Numbered from the stretch's first letter, positions 18,716 to 30,424 are shown. The stretch is DNA of 64,000 nucleotides from Desulfobacterales bacterium (GCA_963674755.2 CAXXVS010000002.1:64001-128000), one strand, 5' to 3'. A program made the numbers and translations. The notes: generated from the letters alone by a model not told the origin.

Positions 18716-18808
18716 GATAGCGGCGTTGTGCTCAAAATGTAATCCTCGGAATATCAACCATATGCCTCTTGATCTCGACCCAATTGGCCAATTTCTGGAT
18801 CGGCACTA
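18716..18808. repeat. Truncated palindromic repeat element
   Basis: gcggcgtt...cctcgg..atat..atatgcct..cttgatctc core as at 44069-44210; ends ggatcggcacTA like copy 3 of family A. Confidence 0.55.
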
Positions 18809-18967
18809 CCTAACAACATATGACATGTTATGAACAGCCGTTGACGCGCCCCTGAGCAACATCAGGACGAATGATGGAATTCTTTTCGAAATCAGTTCTG
18901 GTCTTTCGAAGTTGCTTGGCAGCTTATGGGGTTGACAGCGCACTCGCCGGCAGCTTGCCACCCGGAT

Positions 18968-19288
18968 TCACTTCTTTTTAAGATCGATGATGTTATCCGC
19001 ACCAGCTTTTGGGGCCCTGGCGCTTTTGACCTTGCGGAGCAGGTGGGGCGACACATTCCACTTCTGACCGGCTTCCGTGATGATCGTAACGGTTTTCTTG
19101 TTGTATTTTACCAGCGTGCCAAACTGCTTGCCACGGCCGGGAGGCTCGAAAGACACCTGATCGCCGGGTGCAAATTGCATCATCTCCCTGTGCGTGTGCA
19201 TGGCATCCAGGAATTTAAGGCGCGCCACAATCTGGTGGTTCAAAGCGACGAGTTCATCGTAGCTTAACGATTCGATATCGATTTTCAT
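18968..19288 (-). CDS. Conserved hypothetical protein (small SH3/KOW-like C-terminal domain)
   Basis: 106-aa ORF with SD (aggggg/aagg); FAPGDQVSF...GTLVKYNKKTVTI...WNVSP. Confidence 0.7.
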   Translation of the reverse strand: MKIDIESLSYDELVALNHQIVARLKFLDAMHTHREMMQFAPGDQVSFEPPGRGKQFGTLVKYNKKTVTIITEAGQKWNVSPHLLRKVKSARAPKAGADNIIDLKKK

Positions 19289-19395
19289 TCCTTACCCCCT
19301 GACAAATAATCCCGGAAGGAGCTGAATCGACTGGGTCCTGCCTGCGCGGGGATAGGATGACAGAACGACGCCTTCAGAGACTTGCTGCGCATTCA

Positions 19396-19863
19396 TCAAT
19401 AGTCGTCTTCTTCTTCGTCATAGTCCGGGTATTGCTCCGGGGACTGGCCGACACGCTTGACTATGGTGATCACTTTGGTCTGGCCGGGAACTTCCGTGAT
19501 GCGCTCCACCCGGATGCGATGCCACCAGTCGTCGCCGAAATCGAAAAGATAGTGAAAGACCTCTTTTTCGGGCAGATCCAGATCGCCCAGACGGGTTTGG
19601 GCGGCCGAGTGTCGGGAGGGGCCGAAACCAATGGCATTCTGAACATTCTGGGGATGGGTGATCTCCGGCGCATTGTATATCGTGCGGACGTTCTTGGTAT
19701 CCTGGCGGGTCATGAAAAAGGAGTACAGATGGGGATCGTAGCGGTCGAAGGCCTCGAAGATGGCCTCGTGGAGATCCTCCAGGGTGGCGTTGGATGAAAT
19801 GTCGATCAGCCGGTAAAGACGCGGGATGCCAATGATGGATACTTTCAGGCGGTAACGTTTCAT
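19396..19863 (-). CDS. Plasmid pRiA4b ORF-3 / TnpR-like family protein
   Basis: TLEDLHEAI..AF...HLYSF and FHYLFDFGDDWWHRI motifs. Confidence 0.85.
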   Translation of the reverse strand: MKRYRLKVSIIGIPRLYRLIDISSNATLEDLHEAIFEAFDRYDPHLYSFFMTRQDTKNVRTIYNAPEITHPQNVQNAIGFGPSRHSAAQTRLGDLDLPEKEVFHYLFDFGDDWWHRIRVERITEVPGQTKVITIVKRVGQSPEQYPDYDEEEDDY

Positions 19864-20035
19864 TCGTTGGCTCTCCGAAGGGATCAGAGCTTATGCCGCC
19901 TTCGTTGGAACTACGGCGGACAAGGTGGTTTTAGGGGTGAAAAAAGAGAAGCGGGAATTCTCCAGGGCCTCAAGGGGCCCCTAAAACTCTAATACTTTAA
20001 CCCCACCATAATACGATTATTATAGCGGTCACCAC

Positions 20036-21025
20036 TTAGCGGCGTTTGGTCGGCGACTTGTGCCATTGCCAGGCGGATTCGATGATCACCTCCAGGGTTT
20101 CGAACTTGGGCTGCCAGCCCAGTTCTGCCCGGGCTTTCGCGGAGCGGGCCACCAGGACGGCGGGGTCGCCGGGACGTTTTGGTCCTTCCACGGCCGGGAT
20201 GGGGTGACCGGTGATGCGGCGGGCGGTTTCAATCACGTCTCTGACCGAATGACCGGTGCTGTTGCCAAGGTTATAGGCCGCGCTGGGGGCGTTGTTTTGC
20301 AGGGCTTCCAGGGCCAGGAGGTGGGCGGCGGCCAGGTCGTTCACGTGGACGTAGTCTCGCAGGCAGGTGCCGTCCGGGGTGTTGTGGTCCATGCCGAAGA
20401 TGGTGATGTCCTCGCGCTCACCGGTGGCCACCTTGAGCACCAGGGGGATCAGATGGCTTTCCGGGTCATGGCGCTCCCCGATGGTGCCGGAGGCGTCGGC
20501 CCCGGCCGCATTGAAATAGCGCAGGGCTATGAAGCGCAGCCCATAGGCCTGGTCATAGTCCCGCAGGATGTCTTCCACCATCAATTTGGTGCGGCCGTAA
20601 GGGTTGGTTGGCCGGCAGGGGTGGTTCTCGTCGATGGGGGTATAATCCGGCTCGCCATAGACCGCGGCCGAAGATGAAAAGATGAACCGTTTCACATCGT
20701 GGCGCTGCATGGCTTGGAGCAGGTTGAGGGTACCGGCCACGTTGTTCCGGTAGTATTTCTGGGGATCCCGGACCGATTCGCCCACTTCGGTGAAGGCGCT
20801 GAAGTGCATGACCGCATCGAAGTGCCGGGAGGCGAACACCTGTTCGAGGACCACCGCATCGTTGATGTCACCCCCCACGAAAACCCCGCCCGGCAGTAGA
20901 TCGCGGTTGCCCTTAGAGAGGTTGTCCAGGGTGACGACGTCGTGCCCGGCCGACAGCAGGGCCTTGACCATGTGGGTGCCGATGTAACCGCATCCGCCAA
21001 TGATTAAAATGGCTAACTTTTTCAT
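20036..21025 (-). CDS. galE: UDP-glucose 4-epimerase
   Basis: GGCGYIG, FSSSAAVYG, PYGRTK, LRYFNAAGA and RDYVHVNDLA motifs. Confidence 0.95.
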   Translation of the reverse strand: MKKLAILIIGGCGYIGTHMVKALLSAGHDVVTLDNLSKGNRDLLPGGVFVGGDINDAVVLEQVFASRHFDAVMHFSAFTEVGESVRDPQKYYRNNVAGTLNLLQAMQRHDVKRFIFSSSAAVYGEPDYTPIDENHPCRPTNPYGRTKLMVEDILRDYDQAYGLRFIALRYFNAAGADASGTIGERHDPESHLIPLVLKVATGEREDITIFGMDHNTPDGTCLRDYVHVNDLAAAHLLALEALQNNAPSAAYNLGNSTGHSVRDVIETARRITGHPIPAVEGPKRPGDPAVLVARSAKARAELGWQPKFETLEVIIESAWQWHKSPTKRR

Positions 21026-21095
21026 AGTGGTTTTGGCCTTAAGGAACGATGTGGTCAAACCTATCACCTTGCGGCAAGGATGGCGTCAGCCGTGA

Positions 21096-21479
21096 CTAGT
21101 CCGCCACCACACTGGCCTGACCGTCGTATTCCGCGGTCTGGCTCTTGATGTAGTCGGCCAGGGATTGCTGAGCGGAGTCGTCTTTCCAGCCCACCCAGTA
21201 GAACTCACAGCCCAGGTCGAACATTTCGTCGAAGTGGCGTTTTTTACACCATACCGCCCGGGCCATGGCGATGATGGGCATCTCCCATTCGGGCGATTCA
21301 AGCTCCAGAGCCAGCAGGGAATCGGGCGCGACTTCATCCAAGGTAGCAAAGCAAACGCCGCCGCCGCTCAGGTTGATGGCCAGACTGCTCAGGGGACTGC
21401 CCTGGTCCACATGCTTTTCTAACTTGCGGTACTTGAGTTGCCAGTTCCGGTCGATGCGCGGGAATTTTCTGTTTTTCAT
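21096..21479 (-). CDS. Stand-alone PilZ-domain (c-di-GMP-binding) protein
   Basis: RxxxR (RKFPR) and NLSGGG motifs; start set at MKNRK. Confidence 0.85.
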   Translation of the reverse strand: MKNRKFPRIDRNWQLKYRKLEKHVDQGSPLSSLAINLSGGGVCFATLDEVAPDSLLALELESPEWEMPIIAMARAVWCKKRHFDEMFDLGCEFYWVGWKDDSAQQSLADYIKSQTAEYDGQASVVAD

Positions 21480-21586
21480 GGATAGCGCCCTTTCGCGGTA
21501 TTGAAAAAGTTCCTCATGCAATGGCAGGCCGGCGTCCCTCTCCCGGCCATGCCGCCACACGTTCCTCTCGACCCGGCTGCCCCTGT

Positions 21587-22168
21587 CTATGGGCTGGGCA
21601 TCGCCTGGCGGTTCTCGCAATCTTCCAGGATCCCGCCCAATAGGGCCCCCATCGTGTTGGCGATGACATCATAGAGTGACGAGGTGCGGCCGGGCAGGAA
21701 AAAGTATTGCAGGATTTCAATGGCCAGACTGACCGCTAAACAAAAGGCCAGCGTCCACGCAAGGTGATGCCGACGGCCGACGGGCTGCATTTCGGCCAGG
21801 AGGGCCATGGTCAGGAACCCGAGGGGGATAAACCCCAGCGTGTTGATGATAAAGTCGCCCCGGGCAAAAGCGGCCATACTGAGCAACGCCAGGTGATGAT
21901 GGCCATGGGAAGGGCCCGGCCGCAGTCCCATGAACAGAATGCCGCCCAGGTAGAGCAGAAATAGACTTGCCAGGCTGAATTTCTTCTGCCAGGGCAGCCG
22001 GTCGTAAATAGCGGATAGAATGATGATGATGCTGATGGCGAGGCCTGCGAATTGCTGCAGACCGATGTCGACGGTTTGGCCCCGCAGCATATCGAAGCCT
22101 GCAAAGAAGATCAATCCGCTGATTCCCGTGGCCAGGTGCAGGGCGCGAAGCATGTTGTGCTTTTGCAT
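21587..22168 (-). CDS. VanZ-family membrane protein
   Basis: DFIINTLGFIPLG and EILQYFFLPGRTSSLYDVIANTMG motifs. Confidence 0.8.
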   Translation of the reverse strand: MQKHNMLRALHLATGISGLIFFAGFDMLRGQTVDIGLQQFAGLAISIIIILSAIYDRLPWQKKFSLASLFLLYLGGILFMGLRPGPSHGHHHLALLSMAAFARGDFIINTLGFIPLGFLTMALLAEMQPVGRRHHLAWTLAFCLAVSLAIEILQYFFLPGRTSSLYDVIANTMGALLGGILEDCENRQAMPSP

Positions 22169-22855
22169 ATGCCATCCGAATAGCGCCTTGGCATCGAATA
22201 CCGAAAGATCGGTATGGCGCCATGGCGATAATCCGTCCGAAGGTTTAATTCCCCGCCGCTTGCGGCGTTAGATTGTCTTGGTCGATACCCCGCTGTTCTG
22301 GGGTGGGATCGTTTATTTTATAACAGGAATTCTTCTTAATAAAGGGGGGCTGAAACGGCTCCGCCGCTTGCCTTACACATCAAAAATGATGCGAGTGGCT
22401 GAAATTACATCCTATTTGTTGGAAAATCCCAATGCCGCGATATTTATCCCGACCCTGTCTATCGACCGCAAGACACCGCACGCAGATCGACCGCTCCGAA
22501 GGGATAAGCTCCTCTGCGGGTCCATATCTGACCGTTGATTGTTTCGTGGATGGGTGGTTCGGGAACTGCGGTACCAGGCACGCGTCAAACTCGGATCCAA
22601 TCGCCGCCGAGGGGGTGGTATGCCCCTCGGCCCCTTTGTCATGAACACCTAACCCCTTAATGCCATTGGACTTTGTCTATATCCGCACGAGCATAAAAAA
22701 GCAACAGGAAAATGGCGGAAAAATAAGGGGTTTAAGCGGTTAAGGGACAGAAGTTATTGAGCTGGTCGGCTGATAAGCTGTTGAGCTGGCGAGGGCCCAC
22801 TGGTTTTAATATTTTAAGGTAACCACTTTCTATTCCGCTATCTATTTAGCGCGGG

Positions 22856-23380
22856 TTATCGCGGGATAAATTCGGCGCGGCGGTTCATGGACCAGGCGCG
22901 TTCGCCGCTGCCTTCGGCATCCGGGCGCTCCTTGCCCCAACTGACGACCTGGATGCGCTGGGGGGCGATGCCCTGTTCGATCAGGTAAACGCGGACGGCC
23001 TCGGCCCGGTGTTTGCCGAGGGCCATGTTGTATTCGGTGCTGCCCCGCGCATCGCAGTGGCCTTCCACGATCACAGTGGCCTGGGGGTGGGAAGCGAGCC
23101 ATGCCGCTTTGCGGTTGAGGGCGCGCTTGCCCCCTGGCAGGAGAACACTGCTGTCCAGGTTGAAATGGACGTTTTCATAGCGGAATATCAGGCGTTCGAG
23201 GGCATCGATGGCCGAATCGGTAAGGCGTTCGGCGGGAACGGCTTCGGTGTCCGGCTGGTTGACTGCCAGGGCGGCCGGCGCCGGAGGGGTGTTGTCGGCC
23301 CACGTTTCAGAGCAGAGGGGCAGGCCCATCGTCAGAATCAGGAGCAGGAAGACCGGGGCAGGGCGCAAAAGGTTTCTCAT
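22856..23380 (-). CDS. OmpA/Pal-like peptidoglycan-binding protein
   Basis: VHFNLDS, IVEGHCDARGSTEYNMALG, SWGKERP, NRRAEF; signal peptide follows a gagg SD. Confidence 0.88.
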   Translation of the reverse strand: MRNLLRPAPVFLLLILTMGLPLCSETWADNTPPAPAALAVNQPDTEAVPAERLTDSAIDALERLIFRYENVHFNLDSSVLLPGGKRALNRKAAWLASHPQATVIVEGHCDARGSTEYNMALGKHRAEAVRVYLIEQGIAPQRIQVVSWGKERPDAEGSGERAWSMNRRAEFIPR

Positions 23381-23487
23381 AGCGATTTCCTCGTTGCGGT
23401 CGGCGGTATGTAAAACGGGAGTGACCTTGATAATCGACATAGCAAAGATTTGTCAGTGTTTCAAGCGGTTAGAGGGTAAGGACATGA

Positions 23488-23850
23488 GGTGGTATTTTCC
23501 TGCCCGAAGTTCTCGGGGCCGTGGAAACCCGCACCCATGCCAAGGGCTATGTGGTGGCCCGGACCGGCTCCTTTAACCAGGTACTGACGTTCACCCCTCC
23601 CCCGGAGGCCGCCGCCCACGAGCTCTTTCACATGCTGGGCATCGATCACGATGAGGAGACTGCGGCCGCTTTGCGCCGCATGGCCCGCATCCGGCAGCTG
23701 GCCCTGGAAAACCGCCGCGTAGGGCACGATTTCTTCCCCGCCGTCGCCTCCAATGGAACGGTCTATCGCACCTGCCAGGCCGTGGACCGCCGTTTCGGCA
23801 TCGACCCGTCCCAGACCTGCCTGGCAGAGGCCGGCGGGGATGGGTGTTGA
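23488..23850 (+). pseudogene. 5'-truncated paralog of the adjacent metallo-lipoprotein
   Basis: FLPEVLGAVETRTHAKGYVVA...HELFHMLGIDH...DFFPA aligns with the C-terminal half of 24266-25015; in-frame TGA at 23485; no signal peptide. Confidence 0.75.
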
Positions 23851-24265
23851 ATCGACATCGATGCCGGGTGCTGGATTCTGGGTGCTGGATACCGACAGAG
23901 GTTCAAAAGGCTGGGAGAAGTGTTTAAGTCCTAAGGAATCAAATGGTTAAGGTAAGAGCAGCTGCTAAACTCGTCATTGGATGCGGAATGCCTTCACCTG
24001 ACCCCTTGGATCTTTGATCCCTCGACGCCTTTTTAATCACCTCTAAAACCAAAATTCCTTACCCGCTTATCAGCTCATTAGCTCACCAGCTGTTTTACAA
24101 ACCCCTCAAGTTTTCCGCCGATTCCCCGATGTAGTCTCCAGGCAGTCAGCGCGCAAATCATACCTGCCACCGTGCCTGTGGCACGGCCTTCATGAAGGAC
24201 CATCGCCATGTGGATCCAGAATGGATTCCTAAGACAGAACCGTCACACATTGGGAATGGTCGATA

Positions 24266-25015
24266 ATGGAACGTTTTGCCGGAGGTCTCTTCCTCCTGGC
24301 CGTCCTGTCCGCCTGCACGTCCATCGGCGTGTCGGTCGGAACCGGGCCGGCCCCCCATGAATTCGGACCGGATATGGAGATTTGCCTCTGTGTCTATCAG
24401 GACACCGGCGTCTCCGATGAAACCACCCAAACCATCCTGGACGCCATCCGCGGGGAGTTTGCTCCCATGGGGCTGCACGTTAAAACGCCCTGGATCCGTC
24501 CTTGGCAACGTCCGGCCTTCAGCCAGAAAGGCATCACCCGGGATATCGCCCGGCGCCCCCTGGAAGCCCCCTGCGACCGCATCCTGGCCCTGGTGGGCCG
24601 CGATGCCCGGGACTTCCTGTGGGGAGCCCTGATGCCCGAAATCCTGGGTGCCGTGGAGACCCGCACCAATACGAAAGGCTACGTGGTGGCGGAAGTGGGT
24701 TCCCTGAATCAGGTGCTCACCTTTGAATCCCCTTCCGGCGCGGCCGTGCACGAGTTCTACCATCTGCTGGGCGTCGGCCACGGCCTGGAAAAGCAGGATG
24801 CCTATGACCAGGTGCGCCGCATCAAGGATCTGGCCGTTCGCAATCGGTTGGCCGGACGCGATTTTTTCCCGGCGATGACCGAAAAGGGGCGTGTCTATAC
24901 GACCCGGGCCGCAGTGGACCGCCGCTTCGGCATTCGCCCGCCGGCGCAGACCGCGGCAGCCGGGAAGAAAAAGATCGAACTCGTCAAGACCGACGTGGCT
25001 TCGCCGGGGGAATAG
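24266..25015 (+). CDS. Putative lipoprotein with a metzincin-type zinc motif
   Basis: Lipobox LSAC; HEFYHLLGVGH fits HExxHxxGxxH. Confidence 0.7.
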   Translation: MERFAGGLFLLAVLSACTSIGVSVGTGPAPHEFGPDMEICLCVYQDTGVSDETTQTILDAIRGEFAPMGLHVKTPWIRPWQRPAFSQKGITRDIARRPLEAPCDRILALVGRDARDFLWGALMPEILGAVETRTNTKGYVVAEVGSLNQVLTFESPSGAAVHEFYHLLGVGHGLEKQDAYDQVRRIKDLAVRNRLAGRDFFPAMTEKGRVYTTRAAVDRRFGIRPPAQTAAAGKKKIELVKTDVASPGE

Positions 25016-25193
25016 GGAGACCAAGGGTTTTATGGATTTAAGGTTTTATGGTTAACGTCAAAATTCTTAAAACAATACAGGCTTAAATCACACTGCTTGG
25101 ATGCGAGCAATTCTCGTTGTTTTCCCTTAAAATCCTAAAACTTTAAATCCATAAAACTTCGCCCTTAACCACTTCTTCCAACCCCAAAAAACG

Positions 25194-25220
25194 AAAAGCC
25201 TCCCGCATTGGGAGGCTTTT
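25194..25220. terminator. Intrinsic, probably bidirectional terminator
   Basis: aaaagcctccc-gcatt-gggaggctttt between convergent genes. Confidence 0.8.
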
Positions 25221-25247
25221 GATATCAGGGGACTGCAGGGCGCGGGT

Positions 25248-25975
<728 letters not shown>

Positions 25976-25979
<4 letters not shown>

Positions 25980-26989
25980 GAGACGAGCATCCTCCTTTCC
26001 AGATACTGCGTCAGCATGGACAGCGAAAATGTGAGCACCAGATACAACAAGGCACAGATAAACCACATTTCAAAGGGCTGCAGACTGGTTGTAACCACTT
26101 CCCGGGTCGCTTTGGTCAGTTCCCGGATAGCGATGATGCCGAGCAGGGAGGAATCTTTGATCAGGCTGATGAACTGGCCCGCCAAAGGCGGAATGATCCG
26201 ACGCAGCGCCTGGGGTAGAATGACGTGATACATGCCCTGCAAGTAGTTCATGCCCAGCGAGCGGGCCGCCTCGGTCTGGCCCCGATGAATCGACTGGATG
26301 CCCGCGCGCACGATTTCGGCCACATAGGCACCGGCGAAACAGGCCAGCGAGGCCGTGCCGTACCAGAGATCCGGAATTTCAGGCAATCCGGCATGGGCCA
26401 GCAGGGTATTGAAAAGCGTACCCAGCACGAAATACCAGATAAAGATCTGAACGAGCAGGGGGGAGCCGCGAATGATTTCAATGTAGGTGATGGCCGCCCA
26501 TTTGAGGGCCGGATTGGAGGATATCCGGAACAATCCGCCGAAAAGTCCGATGATCATGCCGAAAAACGTGGCAATGACACTGATCTTGAGGGTCATCCAC
26601 AACCCCTGCAGGAGCAACCCCGCTTTCCACTTCTTGGAGGTCCCCAGCACATCGGCGGGATAAATATAATCGCCCTCGCTAACCCTCACGTCGCCGCCCG
26701 GCACGAAATAGGACTCACTGATTCCGGAATCGTTTTTTACGGTGACGGACTTGCCACCGTCGGCCGGGTTTATGGCGGCGACGGTGCCCTCGATCTCGGC
26801 CCGGACATCGACGGTGTCCTCAAAGAAAAAATACTGGGGCACCCGGTACCAGCGCCAGACATAATCAATTTGCTTGGTTGAATAATACAACCCGGCAATG
26901 AGTCCTCCCAGACAGAGAAAAAAAACCCCAACCCAGAGGTAGTAGGAGAAATCTTTCCTTAAAACACCTATTTTCCCTGTTGCATTCAT
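25976..26989 (-). CDS. Polar amino-acid ABC transporter permease
   Basis: [13 protein letters not shown] and [26 protein letters not shown] (EAA loop). Confidence 0.93.
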
Positions 26990-27151
26990 AGGATCCCAAT
27001 TCACTTCCATGCTGCGGTTGGATTCTACGGGTTTGAACCCCGGAGGATGATCTGGCGGTCCAGATGCCTCGCGGCGCGTTGCTCGCAGACCGGAGGGACT
27101 TTGTTGCCCCACCGGCCTGCGTTGAGGTGGATAACCGGCATTAGGCCGCGG

Positions 27152-27979
27152 CTATTGGACTTCGCCCAGCCAATCGGTGCTCAGGATCCATTTGTTATAC
27201 ATGCGATCGTAGCGGCCGTCGTTTTTGACCTGGCGCAGGAAGTTGTTCAGCCAGTTCATGAAATCCGGATCGCCTTTGCGGATGGCCCAGGCCAGGGGCT
27301 CGTAGGTGAAGGGCTCCTCGAGAAAAAAGAGGGCGCCGGCTCCCTGCTGGGCGAAAAAGGAGCCGCAGTAGGGCAGGTCGTATACAAAGGCATCGGCCTT
27401 CCCGTTGACCACTTCCATGGCGGCCTCGGACTCGGCCTCGAAAGATTTATAGGTCGCCTTGGGCATGTACTGCTTGACGGCCTTTTCACCGGTGGTGCCC
27501 AGCTTGGAGGTGATGATATACTTGGGGTCATTGAGGTCTTTGTAGGATTTGATCTTGCCTTCGAGCTTCTTGTTGACCAGCAGGGTCTGTCCTACGACGA
27601 TGTAGGGATCGGCAAAATTGATCTGCAGGTTGCGCTCCTGGGTCACCGTCATGCCGCTCATGATGATGTCGAACTTGTTTGTCAGCAGGGCGGGGATGAT
27701 GCCGTCCCAGGCGGTGTTGACGGGCACGAACTTGACGCCCATGGCTTTGGCCATTTCCTTGGCCATGTCGATGTCGAAGCCCACGAAATTGCCCTTCTTG
27801 TCGGTCATCTCAAACGGCATGTAGGCGGCTTCAAATCCCACCCGCAGTTCGCCTCTTTCGAGAATCGTGTTCAGGGTGGATTTCTTGGCCAGTTCGATGT
27901 CGTCGGCCATTGCAAAGGGAACGGCAAGGGCTAGGATCGCCAGTGCTGCCATAAGACCCAACCAAAAACGCTTTTTCAT
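27152..27979 (-). CDS. Amino-acid ABC substrate-binding protein (family 3)
   Basis: Signal peptide after an aggagagg SD; LRVG..AYMPFE, GFDID, WDGIIPALL, SGMTVTQER. Confidence 0.93.
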   Translation of the reverse strand: MKKRFWLGLMAALAILALAVPFAMADDIELAKKSTLNTILERGELRVGFEAAYMPFEMTDKKGNFVGFDIDMAKEMAKAMGVKFVPVNTAWDGIIPALLTNKFDIIMSGMTVTQERNLQINFADPYIVVGQTLLVNKKLEGKIKSYKDLNDPKYIITSKLGTTGEKAVKQYMPKATYKSFEAESEAAMEVVNGKADAFVYDLPYCGSFFAQQGAGALFFLEEPFTYEPLAWAIRKGDPDFMNWLNNFLRQVKNDGRYDRMYNKWILSTDWLGEVQ

Positions 27980-28333
27980 TCCTCTCCTCCTTGAGTAGAT
28001 AAGGTTGTCGTCAGCCGCCGCCCCCTGGTGCGGGTCAGGCGCGCGGCTGAAATTGCCTTGGCCGTCCCCGGTGGAACGGGCCGGCCGGTGGGGTTTACCC
28101 GGCCGAGGCGGACCGTCGGCAGACGGTGTCATCGGCAGGGCGTCGTGCCTGGACGACGTCCATCTGACATATGTCATATGTTGCCGTTTGGTCAAGGGAA
28201 ATGGGGGAAATCCATTGAATTCCCGCCGCTCTCTATGCTATTAAAAAACCGTTTCCCCAGCCGGGCTTTTCTGCCGAAATCCGTGTTGATGCCGCCTGCG
28301 CGGCCCACCTATGCGAACCAACGGGAGAGATCC

Positions 28334-30424
28334 ATGACCGTCAGCGACAATTCCCAACTTCAAAAACTCATGCAAACGCCGGAAGTCCGCAACGCCATCA
28401 GCAGTCTCAACGAGGGCATGGCCCAGCGGCGCGCGTTCAAACCGCCACGCTGCCCGGTTTTCGATCACCCCTACACCGTACTGGAAGAAAAACGGGGCTA
28501 CCGTTTCGAGATCGATGCCGAGGCCCAACGACAGCTGCCGCGTATCATCGACAACCCGGTGCAGGTGGTGGTGGGATGCGACGAGCTGGACGACCCCGAG
28601 TGCCGGGCCTATGAGCGGCCGCATACGGTGGGTATTGTCTTCTCCGGCGGGCCGGCTCCGGGGGGGCACAACGTGATCGCCGGCTTGTTCGACGCCCTGC
28701 GGGCCGCCAATCCGGCCAGCCGCCTGATCGGGTTCCTAATGGGGCCCGACGGCATCATCGAAGGCGAGACCATCGAGATTACGGACGAACTGGTGGACCA
28801 GTACCGCAACATCGGCGGGTTCACCATGATCCGCACCGGGCGCACCAAGATCGACACGCCCGAAAAGATGGCCCTTTCCCGCAAGACCTGCCAGGACATG
28901 GGCCTGGACGCCCTGGTGGTGGTGGGAGGTGACGACTCCAACACCAATGCGGCTTTCCTGGCCCACGAGATGCTGGACGACGGCATCCAGGTGATCGGCG
29001 TACCCAAAACCATCGATGGGGACGTGCAAGTACGCGACGCCGACGACAACGTGCTGTGCGCCATTTCTTTCGGTTTTCACTCCGCGGCCCGGGCCTTCTC
29101 CCAGGATATTTCCAACCTCTGCAACGACTGCAGTTCGGACCGCAAATACTGGCACATCTGCAAGGTCATGGGGCGCTCGGCCAGCCACCTGGCTCTGGAA
29201 GTGGCCCTCCAGACCCACGCCAACATGACCTTGATCGGGGAAGATCTGGCCGATTTCGTGGACGAACGACGAATCCAGGCGGCGGCCGAAAGCGGGGCCA
29301 CCGACTTCACCGCTTTCGGCATCACCCTGCGCCACCTCTCGCGGGTCATCTGCGACGGCATCGTGCGCCGGGCGGCGGTGGGCAAAAACTGCGGGGTGCT
29401 CGTGATCCCGGAGGGGCTGCTGGAGTTCATCAACGAGATCCAGGTCTTCATCATCAAGCTTTCCACCATCATCGCCGACTACAACAACAAGCACGACCTG
29501 GATTTTCACGCCAGCTACCCGCGTCTGGAAAGCAAGCTGGAATACCTGCGGCGCCTCTCCAAGGATATCGCGGATGACGCCAACCAGGGGGTCTGGACCG
29601 CCCGGGACGACGAATTGTTCAACGACATCCCGGCGTTCTTCCAGGAGGGGCTGCTCACCGAGCGCGACAGCCACGGCAACTTCCAGTTCTCCCTGGTGGA
29701 GACGGACAAGGTGCTGATGGGGCTGGTGAAGGACTATCTGACGATCCTGCTGGAAAAAGGCCTCTACAAAATGGGCATCGAGCGGGCTTACTACAAGAAG
29801 ACCATGCTGCGGGGCGGCCTCGATCCGGAAGAATATGCCCAAGCGCTCTTCGCGGATCCGGCGGCCGACTACCTGCTGGTCAAGGAATCCATCATTTCCC
29901 AGAAGACCCTCAAACAGGCCCTGGTCAAGGCCGGGCTTATCAAGGAAAACGACGAGATCCCGCCGGCGGCGGCCAAGATTTTCAGCCAGTCCGTGCCCGG
30001 TTTCAAAACCCAGACCCATTTCTACGGCTACGACGGCCGGGGAAGCAATCCCACGCGCTTCGACTGCAATTACACTTACAACCTGGGGCTGACCGCCTTC
30101 AGTCTGATCGCCAACGGGGCCACGGGCCAGATGGCCGCCATCCGCAATCTGGAGAAAGACTTCTCCGAGTGGGAACCCATCGGCGTGCCCATCGCTCCCC
30201 TGATGCATCTGGAAGAGCGCAAGGGCAAACTCGCCCTGGTGCTGGAGAAGAGTCTGGTGGACATCAATTCCTTAGCCTTTCAGATCGTCAAGGCCTGTCG
30301 GGAGGAGTGGCTGGGGGCCGCACCGGGCGAAGACCGCTACCGTCGCCCGGCGCCCATCCTTTTCGACGGGCACAGCGAGGATGAGCGGCCGTTGACGTTG
30401 GAACTCAACCGGCTATCGCTTTAA
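28334..30424 (+). CDS. pfp: Pyrophosphate-dependent 6-phosphofructokinase (long type with insertions)
   Basis: SGGPAPGGHNVIAG, GGDDSNT, PKTIDGD, VMGRSASH and FYGYDGR motifs. Confidence 0.88.
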   Translation: MTVSDNSQLQKLMQTPEVRNAISSLNEGMAQRRAFKPPRCPVFDHPYTVLEEKRGYRFEIDAEAQRQLPRIIDNPVQVVVGCDELDDPECRAYERPHTVGIVFSGGPAPGGHNVIAGLFDALRAANPASRLIGFLMGPDGIIEGETIEITDELVDQYRNIGGFTMIRTGRTKIDTPEKMALSRKTCQDMGLDALVVVGGDDSNTNAAFLAHEMLDDGIQVIGVPKTIDGDVQVRDADDNVLCAISFGFHSAARAFSQDISNLCNDCSSDRKYWHICKVMGRSASHLALEVALQTHANMTLIGEDLADFVDERRIQAAAESGATDFTAFGITLRHLSRVICDGIVRRAAVGKNCGVLVIPEGLLEFINEIQVFIIKLSTIIADYNNKHDLDFHASYPRLESKLEYLRRLSKDIADDANQGVWTARDDELFNDIPAFFQEGLLTERDSHGNFQFSLVETDKVLMGLVKDYLTILLEKGLYKMGIERAYYKKTMLRGGLDPEEYAQALFADPAADYLLVKESIISQKTLKQALVKAGLIKENDEIPPAAAKIFSQSVPGFKTQTHFYGYDGRGSNPTRFDCNYTYNLGLTAFSLIANGATGQMAAIRNLEKDFSEWEPIGVPIAPLMHLEERKGKLALVLEKSLVDINSLAFQIVKACREEWLGAAPGEDRYRRPAPILFDGHSEDERPLTLELNRLSL

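Noticed and set aside
18968..19863. Two-gene unit considered as a toxin-antitoxin pair or IS element
   Set aside because: No toxin motif, transposase or terminal repeats are seen; pRiA4b ORF-3 genes often occur alone.
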